DNA of 32,000 nt from Acaryochloris thomasi RCC1774 (lineage in GTDB: Bacteria > Cyanobacteriota > Cyanobacteriia > Thermosynechococcales > Thermosynechococcaceae): NCBI RefSeq assembly GCF_003231495.1, contig NZ_PQWO01000004.1, positions 1 to 32,000 on the forward strand, given 5' to 3'. Every line of letters starts with the position of its first letter. The stretch's first letter is position 1. Below the pieces are notes generated by a model that ran no database searches, had not been told where the DNA came from, and saw nothing but the letters and a program-made list of their open reading frames with translations. Below are positions 1 to 6,627 of the stretch, piece after piece. A program made the translations under genes and the position numbers.

Positions 1-500
1 ACACGCTGGTAGAGCAGAAGACACGGAAAACGATGGATGACGACGAGTCAACACTCGCATAAGCATAGGAGAACATACATCCCCTTATCGATAGAATATC
101 CTTACCCGTTTAGGACTACCGAATGATTCATGCAACAAAGCCGTTCAATACTCATTTCTTAGCTGGCTTGACGAGCGAATTCAGGTTATTTGACGGGGCA
201 AATTCAAGGGCAGAATTGCTATGGTCCCGAAAAAGTGAGGCGGCTGCAAGCGCTACTCGGAAATTTAAAGCAGTACTGTCTCTACGCCTATGGAGACAGC
301 CAGGGCGTTCGGGAATTGTTGGCTGCAGCAAATGTTCCGTACTATCGGAAATTTCATGATCCTGCGACTGGATTGCATGCGTCAGAGCCATTAATGACGT
401 AATGTCTGCTCCTGGGTCAGCTTGATAGCTCTGCGGGAGCATGTGGAGTTTGTGGCGCTCAGCCTCCCAGATGTTGATATCCTAAAGGTCTGGATAATAC

Positions 501-2552
501 ATGCTTTCCCCTATGCCCGTTGCTGCTCCTGCCCAAATTACGACCTTCCCGCTCGCTGCTGTTGTCGGTCAACAGGCAATCAAAATGGCGCTGCTGTTGG
601 CGGCGGTGGATCCGGGACTGGGAGGGGTTGCGATCGCAGGTCGACGCGGCACTGCTAAATCGGTTATGGCAAGGGCGCTCCACGCTTTGCTACCGCCCAT
701 CGAAGTGATCAAAGACTCGATCTGTAACGCTGACCCCGAAACTCAAGGTAATTGGGACGACTTCCTGCTGGCAGAGCTTAAAGACGGTACACTCCCCCAA
801 AAAGACGGACAGCCGGAAACCGAAATCATTCCTAGTCCCTACGTGCAGGTACCGCTAGGCGTCACGGAGGATCGGCTGCTTGGCTCTGTTGATGTCAGCC
901 AGTCGGTGAAGCGGGGCGAAACCGTATTTCAGCCGGGACTGTTAGCGGAGGCCCATCGCGGTGTTTTATACGTCGATGAAATTAATCTTTTAGACGAGCA
1001 AATCTCTAACCTCTTGCTCACGGTTCTCACTGAAGGCCGCAACCAAATCGAACGGGAAGGTCTCAGCTTTCAGCATCCCTGTTCGCCGCTGTTTATTGCC
1101 ACCTACAACCCTGAAGAAGGAGAGCTGCGCGAGCATTTGCTAGACCGGATTGCCATCTCACTCTCGGCCGATGCCGTGCTGGGCCTAGAAGAACGGGTAC
1201 AGGCCGTAGAGCAGGTGAACGCCTATTCTGATGCGCCGCAGGCTTTTATCGATCAGTATGCTGAAGAGATTGAAGATCTCAAGACCCAGATTATTCTGGC
1301 CCGTGCATGGCTCAAAGATGTGCAAATCCAGTCTTCTCAGATTATGTATCTTGTGGAGGAATCTCTGCGAGGGGGCGTTCAGGGGCATCGGGCCGAGCTA
1401 TTCGCGGTACGTGTTGCCAAAGCCCATGCGGCTCTTAACGGTCGTTCAGAAGTGAATGCCGAAGATTTGCGCTGTGCTGTAGAGCTGGTGATTATCCCTC
1501 GGGCCACGGTGATTCAGTCGCCGCCGGAGGAACAGCAGCCACCGCCACCACCGCCGCCGCCCCAGGACGATTCTTCCAATCAAGACGACCAGGAAGAGGA
1601 TCAGGACGAAGACGATCAGGAAGACGAGGACGATCAGCCTGAACCCGAAGAGCCACCTAATATTCCCGAGGAGTTTGTATTTGACCCTGACGGTGTGGTC
1701 TTAGATCCTGAAGTATTGCTCTTCGCTCAGAAGGCCAATAAGCAAGGTAAATCAGGGAGCCGCAGCATTATCTTCTCTGAAGATCGCGGCCGCTATATTA
1801 AACCGATGCTGCCCAAAGGTCCGGTGCGCCGCATTGCTGTGGATGCCACGCTTCGCTCGGCTGCGCCCTATCAAAAGGCTCGGCGTCTGCGTCATCCTGA
1901 TCGCAACGTGATTGTGGAGCAGAGCGATGTCCGTATTAAGCGTCTGGCTCGTAAGGCTGGAGCCTTGGTGGTGTTCATTGTCGATGCTTCTGGTTCAATG
2001 GCGCTCAACCGAATGCAGTCGGCAAAAGGCGCGGTCATGCGGCTACTGACGGAAGCCTATCAGAACCGCGATCAGGTCTCGCTGATCCCATTTCGGGGTG
2101 AATCTGCAGAGGTCCTGCTGCCGCCGACGCGCTCAATTGAAGCGGCGCGCCGCCGTTTAGATACGCTGCCCTGCGGGGGGGGGTCGCCCTTGGCCCACGG
2201 CCTAACGCAAGCAGTACGCGTCGGCATGAATGCGCTGTCTTCAGGTGATATTGGTCAGGTCGTGCTTGTTGCGATTACCGATGGTCGCGGCAATATTCCC
2301 TTGGCGACTTCGCTGGGTGAAACTATTGAAAGCGAGGAAAAGCCAAATATTAAGGAAGAACTGCTGGAGATTGCGGGTCGGATTCGGGCCTTAAATCTGA
2401 AGCTACTGGTGATCGACACCGAGAATAAGTTCATTTCTACGGGCTTTGCCAAGGAGCTAGCGCAGGCAGCGGCGGGGAATTACTATCATTTGCCCAAGGC
2501 CACCGATCAGGCCATTGCAGAAGTGGCTCAAAGTGCGATCGCAGCTCTCTAA
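501..2552 (+). CDS. chlD: Magnesium chelatase subunit D (AAA+ module, Pro/acidic linker, vWA/MIDAS domain)
   Basis: 683-aa ORF. The N-terminus [46 protein letters not shown] is the ChlI/ChlD AAA+ signature. A P8 run and a D/E-rich linker follow. The C-terminal vWA block reads [11 protein letters not shown]...[13 protein letters not shown]...[11 protein letters not shown] (MIDAS-type residues). Confidence 0.93.
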   Translation: MLSPMPVAAPAQITTFPLAAVVGQQAIKMALLLAAVDPGLGGVAIAGRRGTAKSVMARALHALLPPIEVIKDSICNADPETQGNWDDFLLAELKDGTLPQKDGQPETEIIPSPYVQVPLGVTEDRLLGSVDVSQSVKRGETVFQPGLLAEAHRGVLYVDEINLLDEQISNLLLTVLTEGRNQIEREGLSFQHPCSPLFIATYNPEEGELREHLLDRIAISLSADAVLGLEERVQAVEQVNAYSDAPQAFIDQYAEEIEDLKTQIILARAWLKDVQIQSSQIMYLVEESLRGGVQGHRAELFAVRVAKAHAALNGRSEVNAEDLRCAVELVIIPRATVIQSPPEEQQPPPPPPPPQDDSSNQDDQEEDQDEDDQEDEDDQPEPEEPPNIPEEFVFDPDGVVLDPEVLLFAQKANKQGKSGSRSIIFSEDRGRYIKPMLPKGPVRRIAVDATLRSAAPYQKARRLRHPDRNVIVEQSDVRIKRLARKAGALVVFIVDASGSMALNRMQSAKGAVMRLLTEAYQNRDQVSLIPFRGESAEVLLPPTRSIEAARRRLDTLPCGGGSPLAHGLTQAVRVGMNALSSGDIGQVVLVAITDGRGNIPLATSLGETIESEEKPNIKEELLEIAGRIRALNLKLLVIDTENKFISTGFAKELAQAAAGNYYHLPKATDQAIAEVAQSAIAAL

Positions 2553-2747
2553 CTCAAACGAGCCTTACTTATGTTCTAGATGAAAATCCTTTGACTGATG
2601 CCTATCTGCTCCATTTCTTTTATGTGGATGAGGATGCTACCTATAACTCAATGAATCTTACGTGGGATAACCAACGCAATAACACCGGAAATTGTGATTG
2701 AATACGGCTCTACCCTCTATCTTCCACAGCCTGAAGGCCACTAATGG

Positions 2748-2906
2748 CCCCCTAAATCCCCAACCAGTGGGGGACTTGCCTGATCGTCTGATCGTCCTGC
2801 ACAAGTTCTGCAACAGAGCTGTGCCTCAGCAGCCCCAGGGATTTCAATTTCTATATTCAGCTTAGATATCGTATCAAAGCCCCCCAGGATGCGGAATTTG
2901 GGGCGC
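2748..2906. repeat. Imperfect inverted pair of C-run/G-run ~27-nt motifs, possibly MITE or dispersed-repeat debris
   Basis: CCCCCTAAATCCCCAACCAGTGGGGG (2748-2773) and CCCCCCAGGATGCGGAATTTGGGGCGC (2880-2906) are approximate reverse complements. By hand alignment roughly three quarters of positions match, with one 2-nt gap. Each motif is itself a C-run/G-run hairpin. A tandem TGATCGTC x2 lies between them (2781-2796). Confidence 0.35.
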
Positions 2907-2980
2907 AAGTGCAAACGCTAATGGTTGTTAAAATTAATCCCTGGCTTGGAGACGGTTAGCAAGAAAGCAAAGAAACAACC

Positions 2981-3078
2981 ATGCCTCCGTAGTAGAGCTC
3001 TACTATTGACGGATTAATGTAGTAAGACTATATTTATTGTAGTAGTAGAGCTGCAGTAGAGCTCTACTACGGAGGCAT
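2981..3078. repeat. 98-bp inverted-repeat structure: two perfect 24-bp arms around a 50-bp AT-rich spacer
   Basis: The left arm ATGCCTCCGTAGTAGAGCTCTACT (2981-3004) is the exact reverse complement of the right arm AGTAGAGCTCTACTACGGAGGCAT (3055-3078). Each arm contains the 14-bp perfect palindrome AGTAGAGCTCTACT (2991-3004 and 3055-3068). A third direct copy of GTAGTAGAGCT lies at 3042-3052 (compare 2989-2999). Confidence 0.9.
3006..3034 (+). promoter_or_regulatory. Putative sigma70-type promoter inside the inverted-repeat spacer
   Basis: TTGACG (3006-3011), a 17-nt spacer, then TATATT (3029-3034). It points toward the operon that starts at 3097. The predicted 5' UTR carries the right repeat arm and GGAGG (3082-3086). 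Confidence 0.4.
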
Positions 3079-3096
3079 CATGGAGGTAGTTATGAA

Positions 3097-3333
3097 ATGA
3101 ATCATCAGAATCAACGTTCTGGGCCAGTTCCTCGTGAGTCAGTTGTGGTTGCTTCCTTTTCGAGGTCACCGATAGTCTATATTGCTCTGATTTTCGGTGG
3201 GGCATGGCTTTTGCTTTATACGGTTGTGCGTAGTGATTTTCCTGGGTCTTTTGAGTTTTTTCTTGCTCCTGATGATGGCATGCATATCAAGATTGATGGA
3301 GTGCAAAAAGATGTAGCTGAGGGGATGCAGTGA
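3097..3333 (+). CDS. Small single-pass membrane protein, family not recognised
   Basis: ATG at 3097 lies 10 nt downstream of GGAGG (3082-3086). 78 aa with one hydrophobic helix (IVYIALIFGGAWLLLYTVV), an R-containing N-side and an acidic C-tail. Its TGA (3331-3333) overlaps the GTG start (3330-3332) of the next gene. Composition matches the downstream hsd genes. Confidence 0.5.
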   Translation: MNHQNQRSGPVPRESVVVASFSRSPIVYIALIFGGAWLLLYTVVRSDFPGSFEFFLAPDDGMHIKIDGVQKDVAEGMQ

Positions 3334-3920
3334 AGACCACGGTCTTAAAAAATCTAGCTTTCATGTGGGTGGGGTATCCTTTTCGGACTCGGATTGAGCC
3401 GGATAAAAACGGAAGCATCACGGTAGTTCAGCTACGGAATCTTAAGGAAAATGGCGGTCTAGATTTATCTGAGGCAATAACTGTCAATCTGGATGATGTT
3501 GCGCCGCAGCTTTGGTTAATGCCAGGGGATGTGGTTTTTTACTCTCGGGGTTCATCGATGTTGGCAGCGTTGATACCTGAAGGAATTGGCAAGGCAATAG
3601 CGGCTGCGCCCCTATTGCTGATTCGAGTTAAGGATAAGAAAGAGCTGAATTCAGGGTATTTGGTTTGGTTTCTAAACCATCATCAGTTTGGTCAACGTCG
3701 ACTTTGGGCGAGGCGAGAAGGTTCCAATATCAAGATGATAAGCAAGGCAGGTTTATCTACTATCCAAATTGATATTCCATCGCTAGCTGATCAGTTGAAA
3801 ATTGCTGATCTGGCCGAACTACGGCGGCGAGAGAACGCATTAGTCCTGCGATTACAGGAGAAACGCAACTCATATATGGATGCTGTATTGATGAGATGTA
3901 TGCAAGGGGCGTCAGATTAA
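3330..3920 (+). CDS. hsdS: Type I restriction-modification specificity subunit-like protein, half-size (single target-recognition domain)
   Basis: 196 aa, about half a canonical two-TRD HsdS. It ends with an HsdS conserved-region pattern, IQIDIPSLADQLKIADLAELRRRENALVLRLQEK (compare the PLPPLxEQxxI motif plus coiled coil). It lies immediately upstream of hsdM. The start is GTG at 3330, coupled to the upstream stop; an internal ATG 11 codons in is an alternative. Confidence 0.72.
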   Translation: MKTTVLKNLAFMWVGYPFRTRIEPDKNGSITVVQLRNLKENGGLDLSEAITVNLDDVAPQLWLMPGDVVFYSRGSSMLAALIPEGIGKAIAAAPLLLIRVKDKKELNSGYLVWFLNHHQFGQRRLWARREGSNIKMISKAGLSTIQIDIPSLADQLKIADLAELRRRENALVLRLQEKRNSYMDAVLMRCMQGASD

Positions 3921-5461
3921 CTATGGGCGGATTACTTCAAGTTACTGCATCTGATATTAATCGCGCGCTTTGGAGAGCCTGTGATGTATTTCGAGGGGAG
4001 CTTGACCCTTCTAAGTATCGAAACTATGTCCAAGTGATGTTTTTTTGGAAGTATGTCAGCGATGTGTGGCGTGACCGCTGTGCTCAATATCAGAAGGAAC
4101 TTGGTGATAATCCAGACCAGATTAGATGCGAGATGTCTCACGAGTGGTTGGTATTGCCTGAGGGAAGTAGTTTTTACGATATTTATGAGCAGCGAGATGA
4201 GCCGTGCCTTGGCAATTTAATCCATGCTGCTCTAAGGACGCTTGAGGAGACATTAGCTCCAAGTATTCATTTACAGCATATTGACTTTGATTCTCAAGCA
4301 AATCTAGGTCAATCACAGAACCAGAAATTAAGAGAACTGTTAGAAGTTTTTAGCCGACCAGAGTTAGACCTACGTCCTTCACGAGTAGGTAGCGACATCG
4401 TTGGTAGCTGCTATGTAACTTTACTAGAGCGGTTTGCTGCTGAGGCAGGTAAGGGTATTGGTGGAGGTGAATTTCTTACTCCAGTACAGGTCTCTAAATT
4501 AGTGGCAAGGCTAGCCCAACCGAAAGAAGGAGATTTAATTTACGATCCGGCCTGTGGTTCAGGAACGTTATTAATTCAGGTGGCTAAGGAAGTTGAAGGG
4601 ACACATTATTCTCTCTATGGTCAAGAGAAAAACTTTAGTGCCTGGACCTTAGCACAAATGAATATGTTTTTAAATAACGAGCATAGGGCCAGGATGGAGT
4701 GGGGCGATACGCTGAGTTATCCAAAGTTTTTCCAATCCGAGTCTTCTCAATCCGCGCCCCTTCCTAAGGCTCTTATGCGGTTTGATGTTGTGGTAGCGAA
4801 TCCTCCATTTTCTCTAAGCCATTGGGGGGCAGACAATGCTAGGCATGATCCCTATGATCGTTTTCTGCGTGGGGTGCCGCCTAAAACGAAAGGGGATTAT
4901 GCGTTTATCAGCCACATGATTGAGTCCGCGCTGCCCTGTGAGGGACGGGTAGTAGTAGTGGTTCCTCATGGAGTTTTGTTTCGTGCGTCGAGTGAAGGCA
5001 AGATTCGACGCAAGTTGATTGACGAAAATCTTTTGGATGCGGTGATTGGTCTACCACCAAATTTATTGCCAAGTACTACTATTCCAGTAGCGATTTTGGT
5101 GTTTGACCGATCTCGTGAGAAGGGTGGCACCAATGATAATTACCAAGATGTCATCTTTATCGATGCCAGTCGTGATTTTCAGGTAGGAAAAACTAAAAAT
5201 TCCTTATTGGATGAGCATATTGAAAAAATTATTCAGACCTATAAGTCACGAGAAACTGTTGATAGATATGCCTCTGTAGCAACGTTGGAGGAAATTGAAG
5301 ATAACGATTTTAATCTCAATATCCCTCGCTATGTAGATACGTTTGAAATGCCTGAAGAGGTCGATATTGATGAGGTTAAAAGTGAGATTAAGAAATTAGA
5401 GGCAGAATTGACTGAGGTAAGAGTCAAGATAGCTGGATACTTAAAAGAGCTAGGTGTTTAA
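3896..5461 (+). CDS. hsdM: Type I restriction-modification N6-adenine DNA methyltransferase subunit M
   Basis: HsdM N-terminal pattern LWRACDVFRGELDPSKYRNYVQVMFFWKYVSD. SAM-binding motif I IYDPACGSGTLLIQ. Catalytic motif IV VVANPPFS. C-terminal NDFNLNIPRYVD. An alternative start is ATG 3923, 2 nt after the hsdS stop. Confidence 0.92.
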   Translation: MYARGVRLTMGGLLQVTASDINRALWRACDVFRGELDPSKYRNYVQVMFFWKYVSDVWRDRCAQYQKELGDNPDQIRCEMSHEWLVLPEGSSFYDIYEQRDEPCLGNLIHAALRTLEETLAPSIHLQHIDFDSQANLGQSQNQKLRELLEVFSRPELDLRPSRVGSDIVGSCYVTLLERFAAEAGKGIGGGEFLTPVQVSKLVARLAQPKEGDLIYDPACGSGTLLIQVAKEVEGTHYSLYGQEKNFSAWTLAQMNMFLNNEHRARMEWGDTLSYPKFFQSESSQSAPLPKALMRFDVVVANPPFSLSHWGADNARHDPYDRFLRGVPPKTKGDYAFISHMIESALPCEGRVVVVVPHGVLFRASSEGKIRRKLIDENLLDAVIGLPPNLLPSTTIPVAILVFDRSREKGGTNDNYQDVIFIDASRDFQVGKTKNSLLDEHIEKIIQTYKSRETVDRYASVATLEEIEDNDFNLNIPRYVDTFEMPEEVDIDEVKSEIKKLEAELTEVRVKIAGYLKELGV

Positions 5462-5705
5462 GACTTGCGTCATCGTGAAGCTGGGAAACTGCGATCGCAT
5501 GGCAACAGTCAGACACCACCACCAACCGTCGTGACGGAATGGATCTCAGGGCCTGGGTCAACTCCCCACCCAACAGGGCCGTACTCGCCACAATATTGTT
5601 CGCCGCCGCATCATAGCCCACATCCACCGGCAGCAAATATTCCCCGGCGCCTGCCCCGGCCTCAATCCGCTCCCCATGACAAGGAACATACCTCTCTTTT
5701 GTCAC
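5424..5705 (-). pseudogene. Remnant of a caspase-family (peptidase C14, metacaspase/orthocaspase-like) gene, truncated at both ends
   Basis: The 93-aa ORF contains YVPCHGERI...EYLLPVD...RRLVVVSDCCHA. That is a His...Cys dyad about 57 aa apart with the DCCH context typical of cyanobacterial C14 domains. An in-frame TAA sits just upstream and about 60+ aa of the N-terminal domain are missing. Similarity ends at DCCH(A), after which the frame runs into the hsdM 3' end (38-nt overlap). Confidence 0.45.
5491..5498. repeat. HIP1 octamer GCGATCGC at the right edge of the low-GC island
   Basis: Exact GCGATCGC. It is one of about 20 copies seen in the window (for example 630-637, 2535-2542, 6433-6440, 6596-6603). 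None was seen between 2543 and 5490. Confidence 0.9.
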
Positions 5706-5970
5706 TTTAGGTAGATGAAATTTGAAACGATGGCCTAACGTTTAGAGCTTGAACGCTAGAGCTACCAACAGCAGTAGGTCACAGGTGCCTTGTCATCCCT
5801 AAAGGGCATGACGTTGAAGCAGATTAGCGTTCCCGAACGGGTTCGGGGATTTCTATGTCTCTAAGCAACGGAGAAAAATGGGGGGCGATTATCCATACGG
5901 CAAAGATGGCGCTGAGAACGGAGAGAATTGTCTGCAGAATAAAGAGCATCCGTTGACGAGCCAGCCGCGA

Positions 5971-6459
5971 TTAGGGGCGTCGTCTCAAGATTATCCGTAG
6001 CAGATCATTGCGGGCGCGCTCTACTGCTATCCAGAAGCCGATCCAGAAGGCCACAATAATAAAGGGAGGCAAACCCCAAAACGCCAGGGCCAAGTGACTG
6101 CTCATACTCCCTGAAGACCACATCAATAGGGTGAGGCTATACCAAAGGAACATCCAGCATCCCACAAAGATCAAGACCGCAGGGTGTAATTTTAGGGTAA
6201 TGTGAACAACCGTGCCCCCAGGGGGTGTTTCAAAACGACCTTCAATTCTGGGTTCAACAGCGTTTGGACGACCGATGGGAATGCGGTTCATCTTGAAGCC
6301 AGAGGCTGAAATAGTCCCTTCAAATGGGGCGTGATTGAGGTCAAAAGTCGATCTGATACATTTAGAAGGTTCCATGTGAACCTCTAATCTTTCTATGACA
6401 GTTTGCAAGGCTTCAGGTGTCTGAATGATGAAGCGATCGCGCGGTAATAGCTGAACCAT
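5971..6459 (-). CDS. Hypothetical membrane protein
   Basis: 162-aa ORF with a soluble N-terminal half. The C-terminal half has hydrophobic helices (VLIFVGCWMFLWYSLTLLMW; LALAFWGLPPFIIVAFWIGFWIAV). No family recognised. Confidence 0.6.
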   Translation of the reverse strand: MVQLLPRDRFIIQTPEALQTVIERLEVHMEPSKCIRSTFDLNHAPFEGTISASGFKMNRIPIGRPNAVEPRIEGRFETPPGGTVVHITLKLHPAVLIFVGCWMFLWYSLTLLMWSSGSMSSHLALAFWGLPPFIIVAFWIGFWIAVERARNDLLRIILRRRP

Positions 6460-6627
6460 AGGTGATCACTCACTGGCGATTTAGAGCAACAACAATATGT
6501 TGCAATGCCAGTTGCTTCAGTTCCGTGATCGGTATCATGGTGTGGGTGTAATTCGGTTCAGTCGTGATTTTCTATCTGTGAGGCGATCAACCATCGCGAT
6601 CGCAACCCTCCAACTCAGTTCCTAACC

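Noticed and set aside
123-442. Three mutually overlapping ORFs upstream of chlD: 123-359 (+), 190-402 (+) and 152-442 (-)
   Set aside because: None has a recognisable family or a convincing SD, and the 190-402 ORF needs a TTG start. They cannot all be real and I cannot choose between them. A 7-bp hairpin (276-282 / 293-299) is too small to interpret.
1516-1680. Poly-proline run and extreme D/E/Q low-complexity tract in chlD
   Set aside because: A Pro-rich plus acidic linker between the AAA+ and vWA domains is the canonical ChlD architecture. It is not an insertion or a repeat expansion of interest.
2175-2183. G9 homopolymer inside chlD
   Set aside because: It encodes the conserved CGGGS of the vWA domain in frame. 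There is no sign of phase variation, though the tract is sequencing-error-prone.
2626-2637. The 12-mer GGATGAGGATGC is shared with 25695-25706
   Set aside because: With about 5x10^8 position pairs and a 6x10^-8 match probability, tens of 12-mer coincidences are expected in 32 kb. The flanks do not extend the match.
2555-2698. Open frame continuing after the chlD stop (..YVLDENPLTDAYLLHFFYVDEDATYNSMNLTWDNQRNNTGNCD)
   Set aside because: It has no start codon and no recognisable family, and it is short. It may be a gene remnant, but I cannot support that.
5465-5710. 81-aa Pro-rich ORF on the plus strand
   Set aside because: It is a mirror ORF antisense to the caspase-like remnant. Its composition (P/H/S/T-rich) is typical of a shadow frame.
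5743-5765. TAGAGCT twice within 21 nt, matching the core of the 2981-3078 palindromes, which might mark a right-hand island end
   Set aside because: A 7-mer is expected by chance about twice per strand in 32 kb. The flanking bases do not extend the match to the 14-bp palindrome.
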